A program made the translations under genes and the position numbers. From Phycisphaeraceae bacterium (GTDB lineage: Bacteria; Planctomycetota; Phycisphaerae; Phycisphaerales; Phycisphaeraceae): a DNA stretch of 64,000 nt. Below are positions 49,660 through 59,751 of this stretch, in pieces. The stretch lies in NCBI GenBank assembly GCA_963674705.1, contig OY771506.1:32001-96000 (forward strand), written 5' to 3'. The notes beneath the pieces were generated by a model. The model was not told where the DNA came from. It did not search any database and saw nothing but the letters and a program-made list of their open reading frames with translations. Position 1 is the stretch's first letter. Each line of letters starts with the position of its first letter.

Positions 49660-50444
49660 CCGGCACGGCTCAGGCCGGCAACGAGCGTATTCAATATCTT
49701 AGCGTCTTTTTCAAGCTGTACTTCCGTGTCATCCAGCACGTATTCCAACATCGCGTAGCGGGACTTATCCGTTTGCGCAAGTAGATCAAAAAAAGCCTGC
49801 CATTGGCTTTGTCCCTCAGCAAGCGGATAGCGCACGATCCCGTCTGCCTCACTGGCCGTCCACCAGTAGACGTGGATATTACTGACGCGCGTGAGCATGG
49901 CTTTCAGGGATGCCAGGTTGGTGTCGAAGTCGTGATAAAACGGCGGCTGCCAGAGCAGATCGACATTATCCTTGCCGACCAGGTCATGCAGCTTGATCGC
50001 CGATTCGTGGTGGTCCGTAAGGGTGTGCTGGTGGTATTCGTAGCAGACGCGTTTGCCCGCCTCGACAGCAAGATCAGCAATTCGCTGGGCATCTTCAACA
50101 ATCCGACCCCAGTGGGCATCGTCCGCGTCCACCGTCCCCTTGGACCCTGCCCAGACACGCACGGTCGGCGCTTCCAGCGCCACCGTCGAATCCAGTACGC
50201 TCTTGAAGCTCAGCCCTGCTTTCTCACTTTCCCCAAGCTTGTAATACGAACCATACGCCGCGACATCGATCCCGGCTTCGCGCGTCAGTCGGCCGATCCG
50301 TTTGGCGGTTTCAACATCGCCGTGCGGCACATGCACATCACCGCCCCACTCGATCGCCGCCAACGCATACTTTCGGGTTACTTCGATAATCCGCTCAGCG
50401 GAAAAACTTCTAAACGAGATGGATACCAGGCCGCTGCGGATCAA
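49656..50444 (-). CDS. Sugar phosphate isomerase/epimerase (xylose-isomerase-like TIM barrel)
   Basis: 'GLVSISFR', 'IEWGGDVHVP', 'YGSYY', 'RVWAG', 'EYH..TLTD'. Confidence 0.85.
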   Translation of the reverse strand: MIRSGLVSISFRSFSAERIIEVTRKYALAAIEWGGDVHVPHGDVETAKRIGRLTREAGIDVAAYGSYYKLGESEKAGLSFKSVLDSTVALEAPTVRVWAGSKGTVDADDAHWGRIVEDAQRIADLAVEAGKRVCYEYHQHTLTDHHESAIKLHDLVGKDNVDLLWQPPFYHDFDTNLASLKAMLTRVSNIHVYWWTASEADGIVRYPLAEGQSQWQAFFDLLAQTDKSRYAMLEYVLDDTEVQLEKDAKILNTLVAGLSRAG

Positions 50445-50565
50445 TTCTAAATTCCTTCTTTACGTGATTGATGCGAGTCGTCTCAAGCAACTCTACAAGA
50501 TAGCGGATACCAGATCACGTGTATTCTGCCAAAACATACTTTGGTGATGATTATGAAACGATGTA

Positions 50566-50880
50566 CTACTCCATCCGGAATACTTCATCCAGAGGCTTGC
50601 ACACAGGCTCATGGTCCGGGTGCGTGTCCATCAGGTCGGCCATGTAATCCCACCACTTACGGACGACCGGGTGCTGCTTAAGTTCCTCACTTTTATTATC
50701 CGCGCTGAGTTTTTGCACCGCAAAGAGCTTGCGGGTCTCACGATCCAGGAAAATAGAGTAGTCCGAGATACCCGCTTCTTTGAGCGCCTCGCTGAGCTCC
50801 GGCCAGATCTCATCATGCCGGCGTTTATACTCAGCCTCGCATCCGGGTTTTATCTGCATCGTCCAAGCGTTACGTAGCAT
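50566..50880 (-). CDS. rhaM: L-rhamnose mutarotase
   Basis: 'EYKRRHDEIWPEL', 'GISDYSIFL', 'KWWDYMADLM'. Confidence 0.93.
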   Translation of the reverse strand: MLRNAWTMQIKPGCEAEYKRRHDEIWPELSEALKEAGISDYSIFLDRETRKLFAVQKLSADNKSEELKQHPVVRKWWDYMADLMDTHPDHEPVCKPLDEVFRME

Positions 50881-50904
50881 CCGTATTCCTCCATCAGTGG
50901 GTCA

Positions 50905-52326
50905 TTATGGCATGGCTATCGTAACGGTCGCGATCGACCGGGCGGGAATCGTCAGAATATCGCCATCGACCGCCTGTTCCTGTAGCGTCAGGTCATCCGT
51001 TGTCAACCAAAATGACATGAGTGATACCGACTTATTATCTTTCAAATCAATACGAACCTGTTTGGCCGATTCGCTGTGGTTCGTGATCACGGTGGCAATG
51101 CAGTTCGCCTCCGGCGTCAGATAAGCGGTAATCTGTAGGTCTTGGTCCGATCCCTTCGCCTCAATCCTCTTTGAGCCTGGCTCGATAAACCGTGCATAAT
51201 GAGCCATCACCCACAAACGTTTCGTCACTTCGATTTTCTTTGTCCTTGGATTCGCATAGATCAAACCGTCTGCGTACCCCCCCGTCGCGATGGCTAACCA
51301 CCACTGCCATGTCACGACGCAGCCGATCGTCATGTCCTCGTGCATCACGTTCGCCAGGTGTAAACCGCCATCGATTCCCACATCGTGGATCGGCTTCATC
51401 TGGCAGAACTCGGTCATCGAAATGGTTTTTCCAGGATAATGCCGCATAAACCATTCGGTGAATTCACGTTTGTTTCGACGGTCTGACCAGTAGGAGTGCA
51501 TCGCGAAAGTATCCAGCGCTTTATTCAATACGGGATCACCATAAAGAGCCTCGGTGTACTCTTTGCTTCGTTTCCATTCGCCGGATTCAGGGGCCTCGAC
51601 CTTCACATCCAAACCGCGCCGCTGTACCTCGTCGTACACCGCACGGATCGTGCGAGCGACTTCATCGGGTTCATAATGGCAACCCTCCTGGTGCCGACTG
51701 TCCTTGCCCCAGTTCCACTGCGGCTCGTTGATCGGCGAAAGCGTGACGTGCGGCAGGTCTAATTCATGCTTGAGGTGCTCGGTGATATCAACCAGGTAAC
51801 GGGCGAAGTCGTCTACTTTTCCAAGGTCAAGGTTTGATCCGCCCATTTCGCCGCCACTGGTTTGGCCGTTGCGTGTCATGCGCGCCGGCGGGCTGTTGGC
51901 GAACAGCACAAAATGCTCAACCCCCATCTCCCGAGCGTCGCGCAGGAATCCGATCCCCAGCGCATCGGCTTCGTAATCGTACTTACCCGGACTCACTTCC
52001 AGGTCCGGCGTTCGGCGGTACGGATCAGTCACAGATTCGCCCGCCCCGGCCGGGATGTTGTAACGATAGATATCCAGCCCAGCGCCTTCATCGGTAAACA
52101 GCAGCCGAAGTATCCGCAGTTGCTCATCTCGTGGAAACTCCCCCACCCACCTGGGCCACCATGCCGCCGAAGCGCCAAACCCCTCAATAACCTGGAAGGT
52201 CTTACCCGGATCCAGCGTCACCACGCAGATATCTGTGGACTGAGCGAACGCCATACGTCCTCCAAGTGCCAGTGCCAACGACCATGCCACGAATAAAACG
52301 TAGCGAGCGTATCCCATATGCAACAA
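50905..52326 (-). CDS. Secreted glycoside hydrolase family 30 (endo-beta-1,6-galactanase-like; start uncertain)
   Basis: 'EGFGASAAWW', 'RYNI', 'FANSPP', acid/base 'SPINEP', nucleophile 'MTEF', C-terminal beta-sandwich. Confidence 0.82.
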   Translation of the reverse strand: MLHMGYARYVLFVAWSLALALGGRMAFAQSTDICVVTLDPGKTFQVIEGFGASAAWWPRWVGEFPRDEQLRILRLLFTDEGAGLDIYRYNIPAGAGESVTDPYRRTPDLEVSPGKYDYEADALGIGFLRDAREMGVEHFVLFANSPPARMTRNGQTSGGEMGGSNLDLGKVDDFARYLVDITEHLKHELDLPHVTLSPINEPQWNWGKDSRHQEGCHYEPDEVARTIRAVYDEVQRRGLDVKVEAPESGEWKRSKEYTEALYGDPVLNKALDTFAMHSYWSDRRNKREFTEWFMRHYPGKTISMTEFCQMKPIHDVGIDGGLHLANVMHEDMTIGCVVTWQWWLAIATGGYADGLIYANPRTKKIEVTKRLWVMAHYARFIEPGSKRIEAKGSDQDLQITAYLTPEANCIATVITNHSESAKQVRIDLKDNKSVSLMSFWLTTDDLTLQEQAVDGDILTIPARSIATVTIAMP

Positions 52327-52508
52327 ACGAGCTTTTATTTATGCAACAAACACGGTTGTAAACTGCCCAGTCAATCCGGGCACGCCAATATAAGACGCTC
52401 CAAATGGCTTTATATTTCATATTCTATCAGATACTTAGTATTTGACACCCAAAATCCAAAAATGCAACGTACCTTACATTGCAGATTACTTTTCAATGCC
52501 TTACATAC

Positions 52509-52517
52509 TGGTATAAT
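52509..52517 (+). promoter_or_regulatory. Extended -10 promoter element (TGGTATAAT) for the CUT1 ABC/GH35 operon
   Basis: Exact TGnTATAAT in the AT-rich divergent intergenic region. Confidence 0.55.
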
Positions 52518-52612
52518 CCGGGCATCAGGCTCAGCTCTCTGACCGAAGTCACGTAAATCAGGCCAATGGGCCCAGCAGGCACCCACCGCCAGCCGCAAAG
52601 GAGGAATCGGTT

Positions 52613-53947
52613 ATCAGTCAGCCCCGCAAAGGTCGCAGCACACCGTGGAGACCGGTGCTGATCCTGGTGTCGATCGCAGTAGCGGTCGCTGTCATCTCGT
52701 GGCTCCCCTCGGTCGGAGCCCGCAAAGAAGCGGATGGCAAAACCACCATCGAAGTCTGGAGCTGGAACATCGCGGCCATGAGCCTCGATCAGTTCAGCGA
52801 TGAATTCGAAGAGGAAAACCCCGACACCGACATATTCGTGAACCGTAACGGCACGAACATGACCTCACGCCTGTTGCTCTCTTTGGCAGGCGGCGTTGGC
52901 GCACCGGATGTCAGCCAGCTCCAGGAACGCGAGGCAGGCAAGTTCACCGCCACCGGTACCCTGGCGGACCTTTCCGAATACGCCGACCAGTATGCCGATG
53001 ACTTCTCCCCCGCTTTCTGGGCAAGTTGTCAACACGATGGCAAGACCTACGCGATCCCTTGGGACGCCGGCCCGTGTGCCGTGTTCTACAAGCGCTGGGT
53101 CTTCGAGCAATACAACATCGATCCGGATGAAATCGAAACCTGGGACGACTTCATCGAAGTCGGCCAGCGCATCGTCAAGGAATCCGGCGGCAAAACCTAC
53201 ATGATGCCTCTGTCTTCGGGGAACCTTGCCAACTTCTACCAGATCCTGATGCAGCAGGCCGGTGGCGGTGTCTACAATGAACAGGGTCAGATCATCATCC
53301 AATGCGAAGCCAACCTCCAGGCATTGGAAGTTCTTCGCAAACTGCTGAACGCCGGCATCACACGCCCGATCGATGGCCCGGAAGAACTAGCATCCTTCGG
53401 CACGGATTCTATTGCCTGCTACCCCGCCGCCGTCTGGGTGATGCAGCAGATCAAGGACTTTGAAGCGGGAACCGCCGGCAATTGGGGCGTCTTCCGCCTG
53501 CCCGCGCTCGAACCCGGCGGCCTGCGCACCAGCAACCTCGGCGGTTCGGTCCTCGTTATCCCCGCACAAGGGCACAACATCGAAAAGTCATGGCGTTTCG
53601 TCGAACTGACAAACTGCACCGCTAAAAGCCAGGTGCTTCAATACAAAAACTTCGGCCTGTTCCCCGCATACCTGCCCGCACTCGAAGACCCCTACTTCGA
53701 CGAGCCCGATCCCTTCTTCGACAACCAACCCGTCCACCGCATCTTCACACTCGACTTCGAGAAGCTGCCCCCGCTGATCCGAACCGGCGATTGGAACGAA
53801 GCCGAACGCTACCTCGCCCAGACGCTCAGCCAATGGCACAACGTGCAGATGGACAATAAGAAGTACCTGGATGATGCGGCCGCGACCCTGGCACGCAAGC
53901 TCGGTCGAGAAGTGAAAAACGGACTGGAAAGCGAGGGGACGCCATGA
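52613..53947 (+). CDS. Carbohydrate ABC transporter (CUT1) substrate-binding protein; probable ATC start at 52613 (first canonical start GTG 52655)
   Basis: 'APDVSQL', 'GKTYAIPWD', 'NLGGSVL'; strong SD AAGGAGG 8 nt before an in-frame ATC. Confidence 0.88.
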   Translation: MSQPRKGRSTPWRPVLILVSIAVAVAVISWLPSVGARKEADGKTTIEVWSWNIAAMSLDQFSDEFEEENPDTDIFVNRNGTNMTSRLLLSLAGGVGAPDVSQLQEREAGKFTATGTLADLSEYADQYADDFSPAFWASCQHDGKTYAIPWDAGPCAVFYKRWVFEQYNIDPDEIETWDDFIEVGQRIVKESGGKTYMMPLSSGNLANFYQILMQQAGGGVYNEQGQIIIQCEANLQALEVLRKLLNAGITRPIDGPEELASFGTDSIACYPAAVWVMQQIKDFEAGTAGNWGVFRLPALEPGGLRTSNLGGSVLVIPAQGHNIEKSWRFVELTNCTAKSQVLQYKNFGLFPAYLPALEDPYFDEPDPFFDNQPVHRIFTLDFEKLPPLIRTGDWNEAERYLAQTLSQWHNVQMDNKKYLDDAAATLARKLGREVKNGLESEGTP

Positions 53948-54888
53948 GCCAGCTATCCCCCGCGATGACATCCACAGCACAAGGCAAGCGTAAACAGCTC
54001 CTGCGGGAGATCTGGCGTTATCGTTCGTTCTACTTGTTTATCTCGCCGTTCTTCGTCCTCTTTGCAATCTTCGGCCTGTACCCGTTGATCTTCTCGTTAT
54101 ACCTGTCGCTGCTGCGATGGGATGCGCTCACCCCCGCGCGATGGGTCGGCTTCTCTAACTTCCAGACTTTGATGCATGATCGTCTGTTCTTCCGCTCGCT
54201 GTGGAATACGTTGTTGTTCGGCTTGTATCACTTCCCGCCGATGTTGATCCTCGCATTTGCCTTCGCGCTTTTGCTCAATCAGCAATGGATCAAACTGCGG
54301 GCGTTCTGGCGTGCGGCCGTGTTCCTGCCGGCCATCACCCCTATGGTCGTCATCGCGATCGTCTTCTTCCTGCTGTTCGGGACGGAGTACGGCCTGGTCA
54401 ACTTCGTCATCAACACCGTCGCGGGATGGTTCGGCATCGAGATGAACGGCATCCCCTGGCTTCAGAGTGAAAACTGGTCGAAGATCACGGTGTCGATCCT
54501 GCTGGTTTGGCGATGGACCGGCTACAACATGGTCATCATGCTCGCCGGCCTGCAAGGCATCGATAACTCCCTCTACGAAGCGGCACGCGTCGACGGCGCA
54601 ACACGCATGCAGCAACTGCGGCTGGTCACCGTCCCGCTGATGAAGCCGACGTTCCTGTTCATCACGATTATGTCGCTGGTCGGCACGGTGTATATGTTCG
54701 ATGAAGTTTTCGTCCTCACCGGCGGCGGCCCCGGCGTATCCAGCATGAACTTCGGACTGTTCCTCTTTGACGAAGGTTTCGGCAACTTCCGGTTCGGCTA
54801 TGCCTCGGCCGCGGCGTACACCGTCGCGTCGGTCGTGTTTATCTCGACGTTAATCATCCTGCGCCTCGGCCGATCGAATACGGAGTAA
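53944..54888 (+). CDS. CUT1 ABC permease
   Basis: EAA loop 'LYEAARVDGA'; 'WRWTGYNM'. Confidence 0.93.
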   Translation: MSQLSPAMTSTAQGKRKQLLREIWRYRSFYLFISPFFVLFAIFGLYPLIFSLYLSLLRWDALTPARWVGFSNFQTLMHDRLFFRSLWNTLLFGLYHFPPMLILAFAFALLLNQQWIKLRAFWRAAVFLPAITPMVVIAIVFFLLFGTEYGLVNFVINTVAGWFGIEMNGIPWLQSENWSKITVSILLVWRWTGYNMVIMLAGLQGIDNSLYEAARVDGATRMQQLRLVTVPLMKPTFLFITIMSLVGTVYMFDEVFVLTGGGPGVSSMNFGLFLFDEGFGNFRFGYASAAAYTVASVVFISTLIILRLGRSNTE

Positions 54889-54889
54889 T

Positions 54890-55765
54890 GTGTTGGACCC
54901 AGTCACCCATACAACCCGATATTCAAAAACACTGCCCGTCTCGCGCCTGTTCGAGCGCGGGTTGGGGTATGTGTTCCTCGGGATATCGGCAGTGCTCTTC
55001 CTCTTGCCTGCTTACTGGCTGGTTGTCTCGTCTTTTAAAACCCAAACCCGCATCTTCGCGCTACCGCCGGAAATCATTCCTGTACCACCGGTCTGGGAAA
55101 ACCTTCGCGCGGTGTTTGAACAAACACCGCTGCTGCGAGCGTTCTTCAACACCTCTCTAATTGCGGTGATTCACGTATCTCTGACCGTATTCCTCTGCTC
55201 ACTGGCGGGGATGGCGTTCGCACGCTACCGCCACGCACCGGGGCATAAGTGGCTCTTCGGCTTCGTGCTCGGGACGATGATGATCCCCGGCGCGGTCACG
55301 ACGATCCCCGTCTTCATCGTACTCGCCAAGCTGCACATGATGAATAGTTACTGGGCCATGATCCTGCCCGGCGCCGCCAACGCATTCGGTATTTTCTGGA
55401 TGCGCCAATACATCATGCACAATGTGCCGGACGAACTCTACGATGCCGCCTCGATCGACGGAGCCGGGCAGTTCGAGACGTACTGGATCGTTGTACTGCC
55501 GATCATCAAGCCCGCGCTCGGCGCGCTTAGCGTACTCGTTCTGATCAGCACGTGGAACAACCTGATGTGGGCGTTCATCACGATGCGCACCGAAAACATG
55601 TACACCATGCCGCTGCTGATCTACCTGCTCAACGGTGAACAACGCACACCCTACGGCCTGATCATGGCGGCGGGACTGATCGCGACGCTGCCGCTGGTCG
55701 TCGCTTTCCTGATCTTCCAACGCTCCTTCATCAGCGGCGTTACCGCCGGCGCGGTGAAAGGCTGA
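54890..55765 (+). CDS. CUT1 ABC permease
   Basis: 'ELYDAASIDGA', 'WNNLMW'. Confidence 0.93.
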   Translation: MLDPVTHTTRYSKTLPVSRLFERGLGYVFLGISAVLFLLPAYWLVVSSFKTQTRIFALPPEIIPVPPVWENLRAVFEQTPLLRAFFNTSLIAVIHVSLTVFLCSLAGMAFARYRHAPGHKWLFGFVLGTMMIPGAVTTIPVFIVLAKLHMMNSYWAMILPGAANAFGIFWMRQYIMHNVPDELYDAASIDGAGQFETYWIVVLPIIKPALGALSVLVLISTWNNLMWAFITMRTENMYTMPLLIYLLNGEQRTPYGLIMAAGLIATLPLVVAFLIFQRSFISGVTAGAVKG

Positions 55766-55795
55766 TTACACACCTAAACACGCTCAAGAATTACC

Positions 55796-57601
55796 ATGAC
55801 ACAGTCAACGTCTAATCCCACGACCGCCAGCCGGCTGACCACCAACGCCACCGACTACCTGCTCGACGGCAAGCCGCATCAGATCATCTCCGGCTCCATG
55901 ACGTACTACCGCATGGTGCCCGAAGTCTGGGTCGATCGCCTGGAAAAGCTCGTCGCGCTCGGTGCAAACACGCTCGAAGTCTACGTCCCGTGGAACCTGC
56001 ACGAACCGCGCAAGGGCGAATACAACTTTGATGGTTTATGCGATCTGCCGAAGTTCCTCCAACTATGTGCCGACACGGGACTGGATGTGCTGTTTCGACC
56101 GGGCCCATACATCTGTGGCGAGTGGGAGTTCGGCGGTCTGCCCTGGTGGCTATTAAACGAACGTGACATCGTCCTGCGCAGTAGCGACCCGACATTCCTC
56201 AAGCACGTCGATGAGTGGTGGGAACAATTGATCCCGCGCGTATTGCCTTACCTGTCGACCAACGGCGGGCCGATCATTGCGGCCCAGGTTGAGAACGAAT
56301 ACGGCTACTACGGCGATGACAAAGTCTACCTCGAACACCTGCGTGACAAACTGCGTGAACTCGGTGTGGATGTATTACTGTTTACCTCCGACGGGCCGGG
56401 CAATCCCGAATGCTTTATCAACGGCAGCCTGCCGGATGCGGTCATCACCGCCAACTTCGGCAGCAACCCGCAGCAGCACATGTCCACACTGCGCAAAGCT
56501 CAACCCAATGGCCCGCTGACCTGCATGGAGTTTTGGATCGGCTGGTTCGATGCCTGGTGCAATGAGCGCAAAGCCTCCCGTGAACCGCAAAGCGCTGCCG
56601 ATGATCTCAAGGCGATGCTCGAGATGAATGCGTCCGTCAACTTCTTCATGTTCTGCGGCGGAACAAGCTTCGGCTTCATGTCCGGTGCGAACGATTCGGA
56701 TGGCTACGAACCGCATGTCACCAGCTACGACTACGACGCCCTGCTCACCGAATGCGGCGATGTCACGCCCAAATATGAACTTTGCCGAGAGGTCATCGCC
56801 AAGCACACCGGTAGAACCGATCTGACGCGCACCTTCGCGCCATCACCTAAACTGGATTTGGGTGAAGTCGAATTCACCGAGCAGGTATCACTGACCGATG
56901 CGCTACCCGCCTTATCCGCTCCTCTTCGTAGCGCAAAGCCTTTACCTATCGAGCGACTGGGTTATGGCTACGGCTACGTGCTCTACAGCGCTGAAGTCCC
57001 CAGGATCTTCAAGGATTTTCTCATCCGCATCCGAGGCATGCGCGACTTCGCACATGTCCTGGCGGATGGCCAATCGCTCGGCACGTGGTACATCAACGAC
57101 CCGCAGCCCGAGTGGACATTGCCCGTCACAGGCGAAACCGTCAAACTCGACATCCTCGTCGACTGCATGGCCCGGCCGAACTTCGGTCACAAGCTCAAAC
57201 AACTCAAAGGCATCAGCGACGGCGTCTACTTCGGCCCGCGCCGCCACGATGAACGCGCCCACATCGGCTGGGCCTGCTATCCCCTTCCGATGGATGCCGA
57301 CCTTGCCAAGCTGCCATGGTCGAAGTCACCGATTGATGGCGCCGCACCACGGTTCTATCGCGCGAAGTTCAACGTCGACACGCCGGCCGATACTTTCCTC
57401 GCTTTGCCGAACTGCACCAAGGGTTTTGCTTCGATCAACGGGTTCAACCTCGGCCGATACTGGGAGATCGGCCCGCAACACACGCTCTACATCCCCGGCC
57501 CGCTTCTGAAGCAAGGCGAAAACGAACTGATCGTGTTCGATTGTGTAGGCCAGGAAGCCGCCAAGGCACGCTTGCAGGACAAACCCGAATGGGACCTATG
57601 A
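55796..57601 (+). CDS. Beta-galactosidase, glycoside hydrolase family 35 (no signal peptide)
   Basis: 'YVPWNLHEP', 'RPGPYICGEWEFGGLP', 'QVENEYG', 'MEFWIGWFD', 'TSYDYDA', 'LGRYW'. Confidence 0.95.
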   Translation: MTQSTSNPTTASRLTTNATDYLLDGKPHQIISGSMTYYRMVPEVWVDRLEKLVALGANTLEVYVPWNLHEPRKGEYNFDGLCDLPKFLQLCADTGLDVLFRPGPYICGEWEFGGLPWWLLNERDIVLRSSDPTFLKHVDEWWEQLIPRVLPYLSTNGGPIIAAQVENEYGYYGDDKVYLEHLRDKLRELGVDVLLFTSDGPGNPECFINGSLPDAVITANFGSNPQQHMSTLRKAQPNGPLTCMEFWIGWFDAWCNERKASREPQSAADDLKAMLEMNASVNFFMFCGGTSFGFMSGANDSDGYEPHVTSYDYDALLTECGDVTPKYELCREVIAKHTGRTDLTRTFAPSPKLDLGEVEFTEQVSLTDALPALSAPLRSAKPLPIERLGYGYGYVLYSAEVPRIFKDFLIRIRGMRDFAHVLADGQSLGTWYINDPQPEWTLPVTGETVKLDILVDCMARPNFGHKLKQLKGISDGVYFGPRRHDERAHIGWACYPLPMDADLAKLPWSKSPIDGAAPRFYRAKFNVDTPADTFLALPNCTKGFASINGFNLGRYWEIGPQHTLYIPGPLLKQGENELIVFDCVGQEAAKARLQDKPEWDL

Positions 57602-58597
57602 TTTGTCGCGTTTAACGGTCTTGACCAGGACCAACTGCAGCAGGATAAACAGCAGCAGCAGTAACCCGGTAAAAATATTCGTCCACCAGGTGCTGAGGTT
57701 ACCTTCGTTGTCGATCACCATGCGGATCAAACCGAGGATCAGTACGCCCATAAGCGTACCGATGACGTAACCTGAACCGCCGGTCAATAATGTCCCACCG
57801 ATGACGACCGCGGCGATGGCGTCCAGTTCGTATCCCTCAAACCCCTTGGGATTGCCGGAATACATATCTGTGGTCGCAATAACGCCCGCAAGCGCCGCCA
57901 TAAATCCGCCCAGCGTATATACACCGATCTTCACCCGGCCAATGTTCACGCCCATCAACTTCGCTGAATCCTCATCCCCACCGACGGCATAGACCTCGCG
58001 GCCGATCGGCAGAAATTGTGCCGCCAAAATGGCTACCACAAAACAAACAAGCAACATAATGACCGAGAACGTGACATCGGCATGCCCCATCCCGGGGATC
58101 GTCAAGGGTATCTTTATATCTCGCAGCTTTTCGTATACAGGATACGCAATGCTGACACTTTCCTTATGCACCACAAACGCCAGCCCGCGTGCCAGGAACA
58201 TGCCCGCCAGTGTGATCAAAAACGGTGGCAACGCATAGAAGTGGATCAAACATCCTTGCAGGAATCCAAACAGCGTGCCTACCGCGATCGCGACCGTGAT
58301 CGCCACCGCCGGGTGCCAGCCCGGACCAAGCTCGGGTGAAATCAGCGTCGCCACCAGCATCGAAGTAAACGCGATCACAGCGCCGACGGATAGATCGATC
58401 CCGCCGGAGAGGATGATAAACGTCGACCCGATCGCTGCGATCCCCACCACCGCCCCGCCACGGAACAGGCTGACGATATTGTATGTCGACAAAAAGCCTT
58501 GGTTGCCGTAACGGATCGCTCCGAAGACAAAGATCAGCACGAGCACGCAGAACGTCGCAAGGACAGGCAGGTACTTGGGGTTGAATAACTTTTTCAT
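57596..58597 (-). CDS. yjfF: CUT2 sugar ABC permease, YjfF-like
   Basis: 'GGIDLSVGA', 'ELDAIAAVVIGGTLLTGG'; follows the ytfT-like gene. Confidence 0.8.
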   Translation of the reverse strand: MKKLFNPKYLPVLATFCVLVLIFVFGAIRYGNQGFLSTYNIVSLFRGGAVVGIAAIGSTFIILSGGIDLSVGAVIAFTSMLVATLISPELGPGWHPAVAITVAIAVGTLFGFLQGCLIHFYALPPFLITLAGMFLARGLAFVVHKESVSIAYPVYEKLRDIKIPLTIPGMGHADVTFSVIMLLVCFVVAILAAQFLPIGREVYAVGGDEDSAKLMGVNIGRVKIGVYTLGGFMAALAGVIATTDMYSGNPKGFEGYELDAIAAVVIGGTLLTGGSGYVIGTLMGVLILGLIRMVIDNEGNLSTWWTNIFTGLLLLLFILLQLVLVKTVKRDKS

Positions 58598-59751
58598 GCC
58601 TCACCCCCCGCGCTGTTGGCAGGTGTTGCGGCGCTGAGCGCCGCGGCAGGCTTCTTCTTGAATCGGCCGAACACTTTTTGCCGGAACGTCTGCGATTGCA
58701 GCAGACACACCAGCACGATCACCAGCGCCTTGGGGATCAGCGCCACCTCCGGCGGAACCTTCTGAATCGTCATCGTGATCGTCAGCGTCTGAATCAGTAG
58801 CGCCCCGATCACCGTCCCGAATATCAGGAACCGCCCGCCGGTCAGCGCTGTGCCGCCGACGACCACCGCGAAGATCGCATCCAGTTCGTACCACAAGCCG
58901 ATCTGGTTCGCATTCGCGCTACTGACATTCGTCGATTCGATCAGCCCCGCAAGGCCGGCACAGAACCCGCAGAACACATACACCAGGAACTTGATCGTCC
59001 GGGCACGGATACCCGTGTAATGGCTCGCCAGATCGCTGTCGCCGACCGCCTCGATCATCAGCCCCAGTGCCGTGCGCCGCGTCAGCAGATACGTCGCCAT
59101 GATCATCAAACCAACGAGCCAGACGCCGAACGGCAAACCAATCAGCGTGCCTTTCCCGATATACGCAAGCTGCGGTACGTCATAGGTGAATATCTGCCCT
59201 TCGCAGATCAATTGCGCCACACCGCGCCCCGCGACCATCAATATCAACGTCGCGATGATCGGCTGGATGCGCAAGACCGAAACAAGAAAACCGTTCCACG
59301 CCCCCGCGATCAGCGCCGCAATCAGTGATGTCGCGATCAACACCGCAAGCCACATGCCGAAGCTGTTCTCGAACATCTGCACCGCCCAAGGCCCGAGTGC
59401 GGATTCAAGCCAACTGGGGGTGACCATGGACGCCGACACCACCGCCGAGATCGCCATCACCGCACCGACGGAAAGGTCCACGCCGCCGGTCGCGATCACC
59501 AGCGTCATCCCAAGCGCAACCAGCATGACCGCCGAACCGTCGCGGAAAATATCAACCAGATACCCCGAAAGACGACCATCTGTTATCACTATCTTCAAGA
59601 AGTTGTCGGTAAACACGATGTTGAAAATCAGCAAGATTGCCAACGCCGCCAACGGCCAGATGACCGGCCCGATTAAACTATGTAACCATCGTAATTGAGC
59701 GAGTGCGGATTCCCATCGTAATCTTCTGTACTCGTCGTATAGCTTAGACAT
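58594..59751 (-). CDS. ytfT: CUT2 sugar ABC permease, YtfT-like
   Basis: 'GMTLVIATGGVDLSVGA', 'IQPIIATLILMVAGRGVAQLI'. ATG at 59751 overlaps the upstream stop. Confidence 0.8.
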   Translation of the reverse strand: MSKLYDEYRRLRWESALAQLRWLHSLIGPVIWPLAALAILLIFNIVFTDNFLKIVITDGRLSGYLVDIFRDGSAVMLVALGMTLVIATGGVDLSVGAVMAISAVVSASMVTPSWLESALGPWAVQMFENSFGMWLAVLIATSLIAALIAGAWNGFLVSVLRIQPIIATLILMVAGRGVAQLICEGQIFTYDVPQLAYIGKGTLIGLPFGVWLVGLMIMATYLLTRRTALGLMIEAVGDSDLASHYTGIRARTIKFLVYVFCGFCAGLAGLIESTNVSSANANQIGLWYELDAIFAVVVGGTALTGGRFLIFGTVIGALLIQTLTITMTIQKVPPEVALIPKALVIVLVCLLQSQTFRQKVFGRFKKKPAAALSAATPANSAGGEA

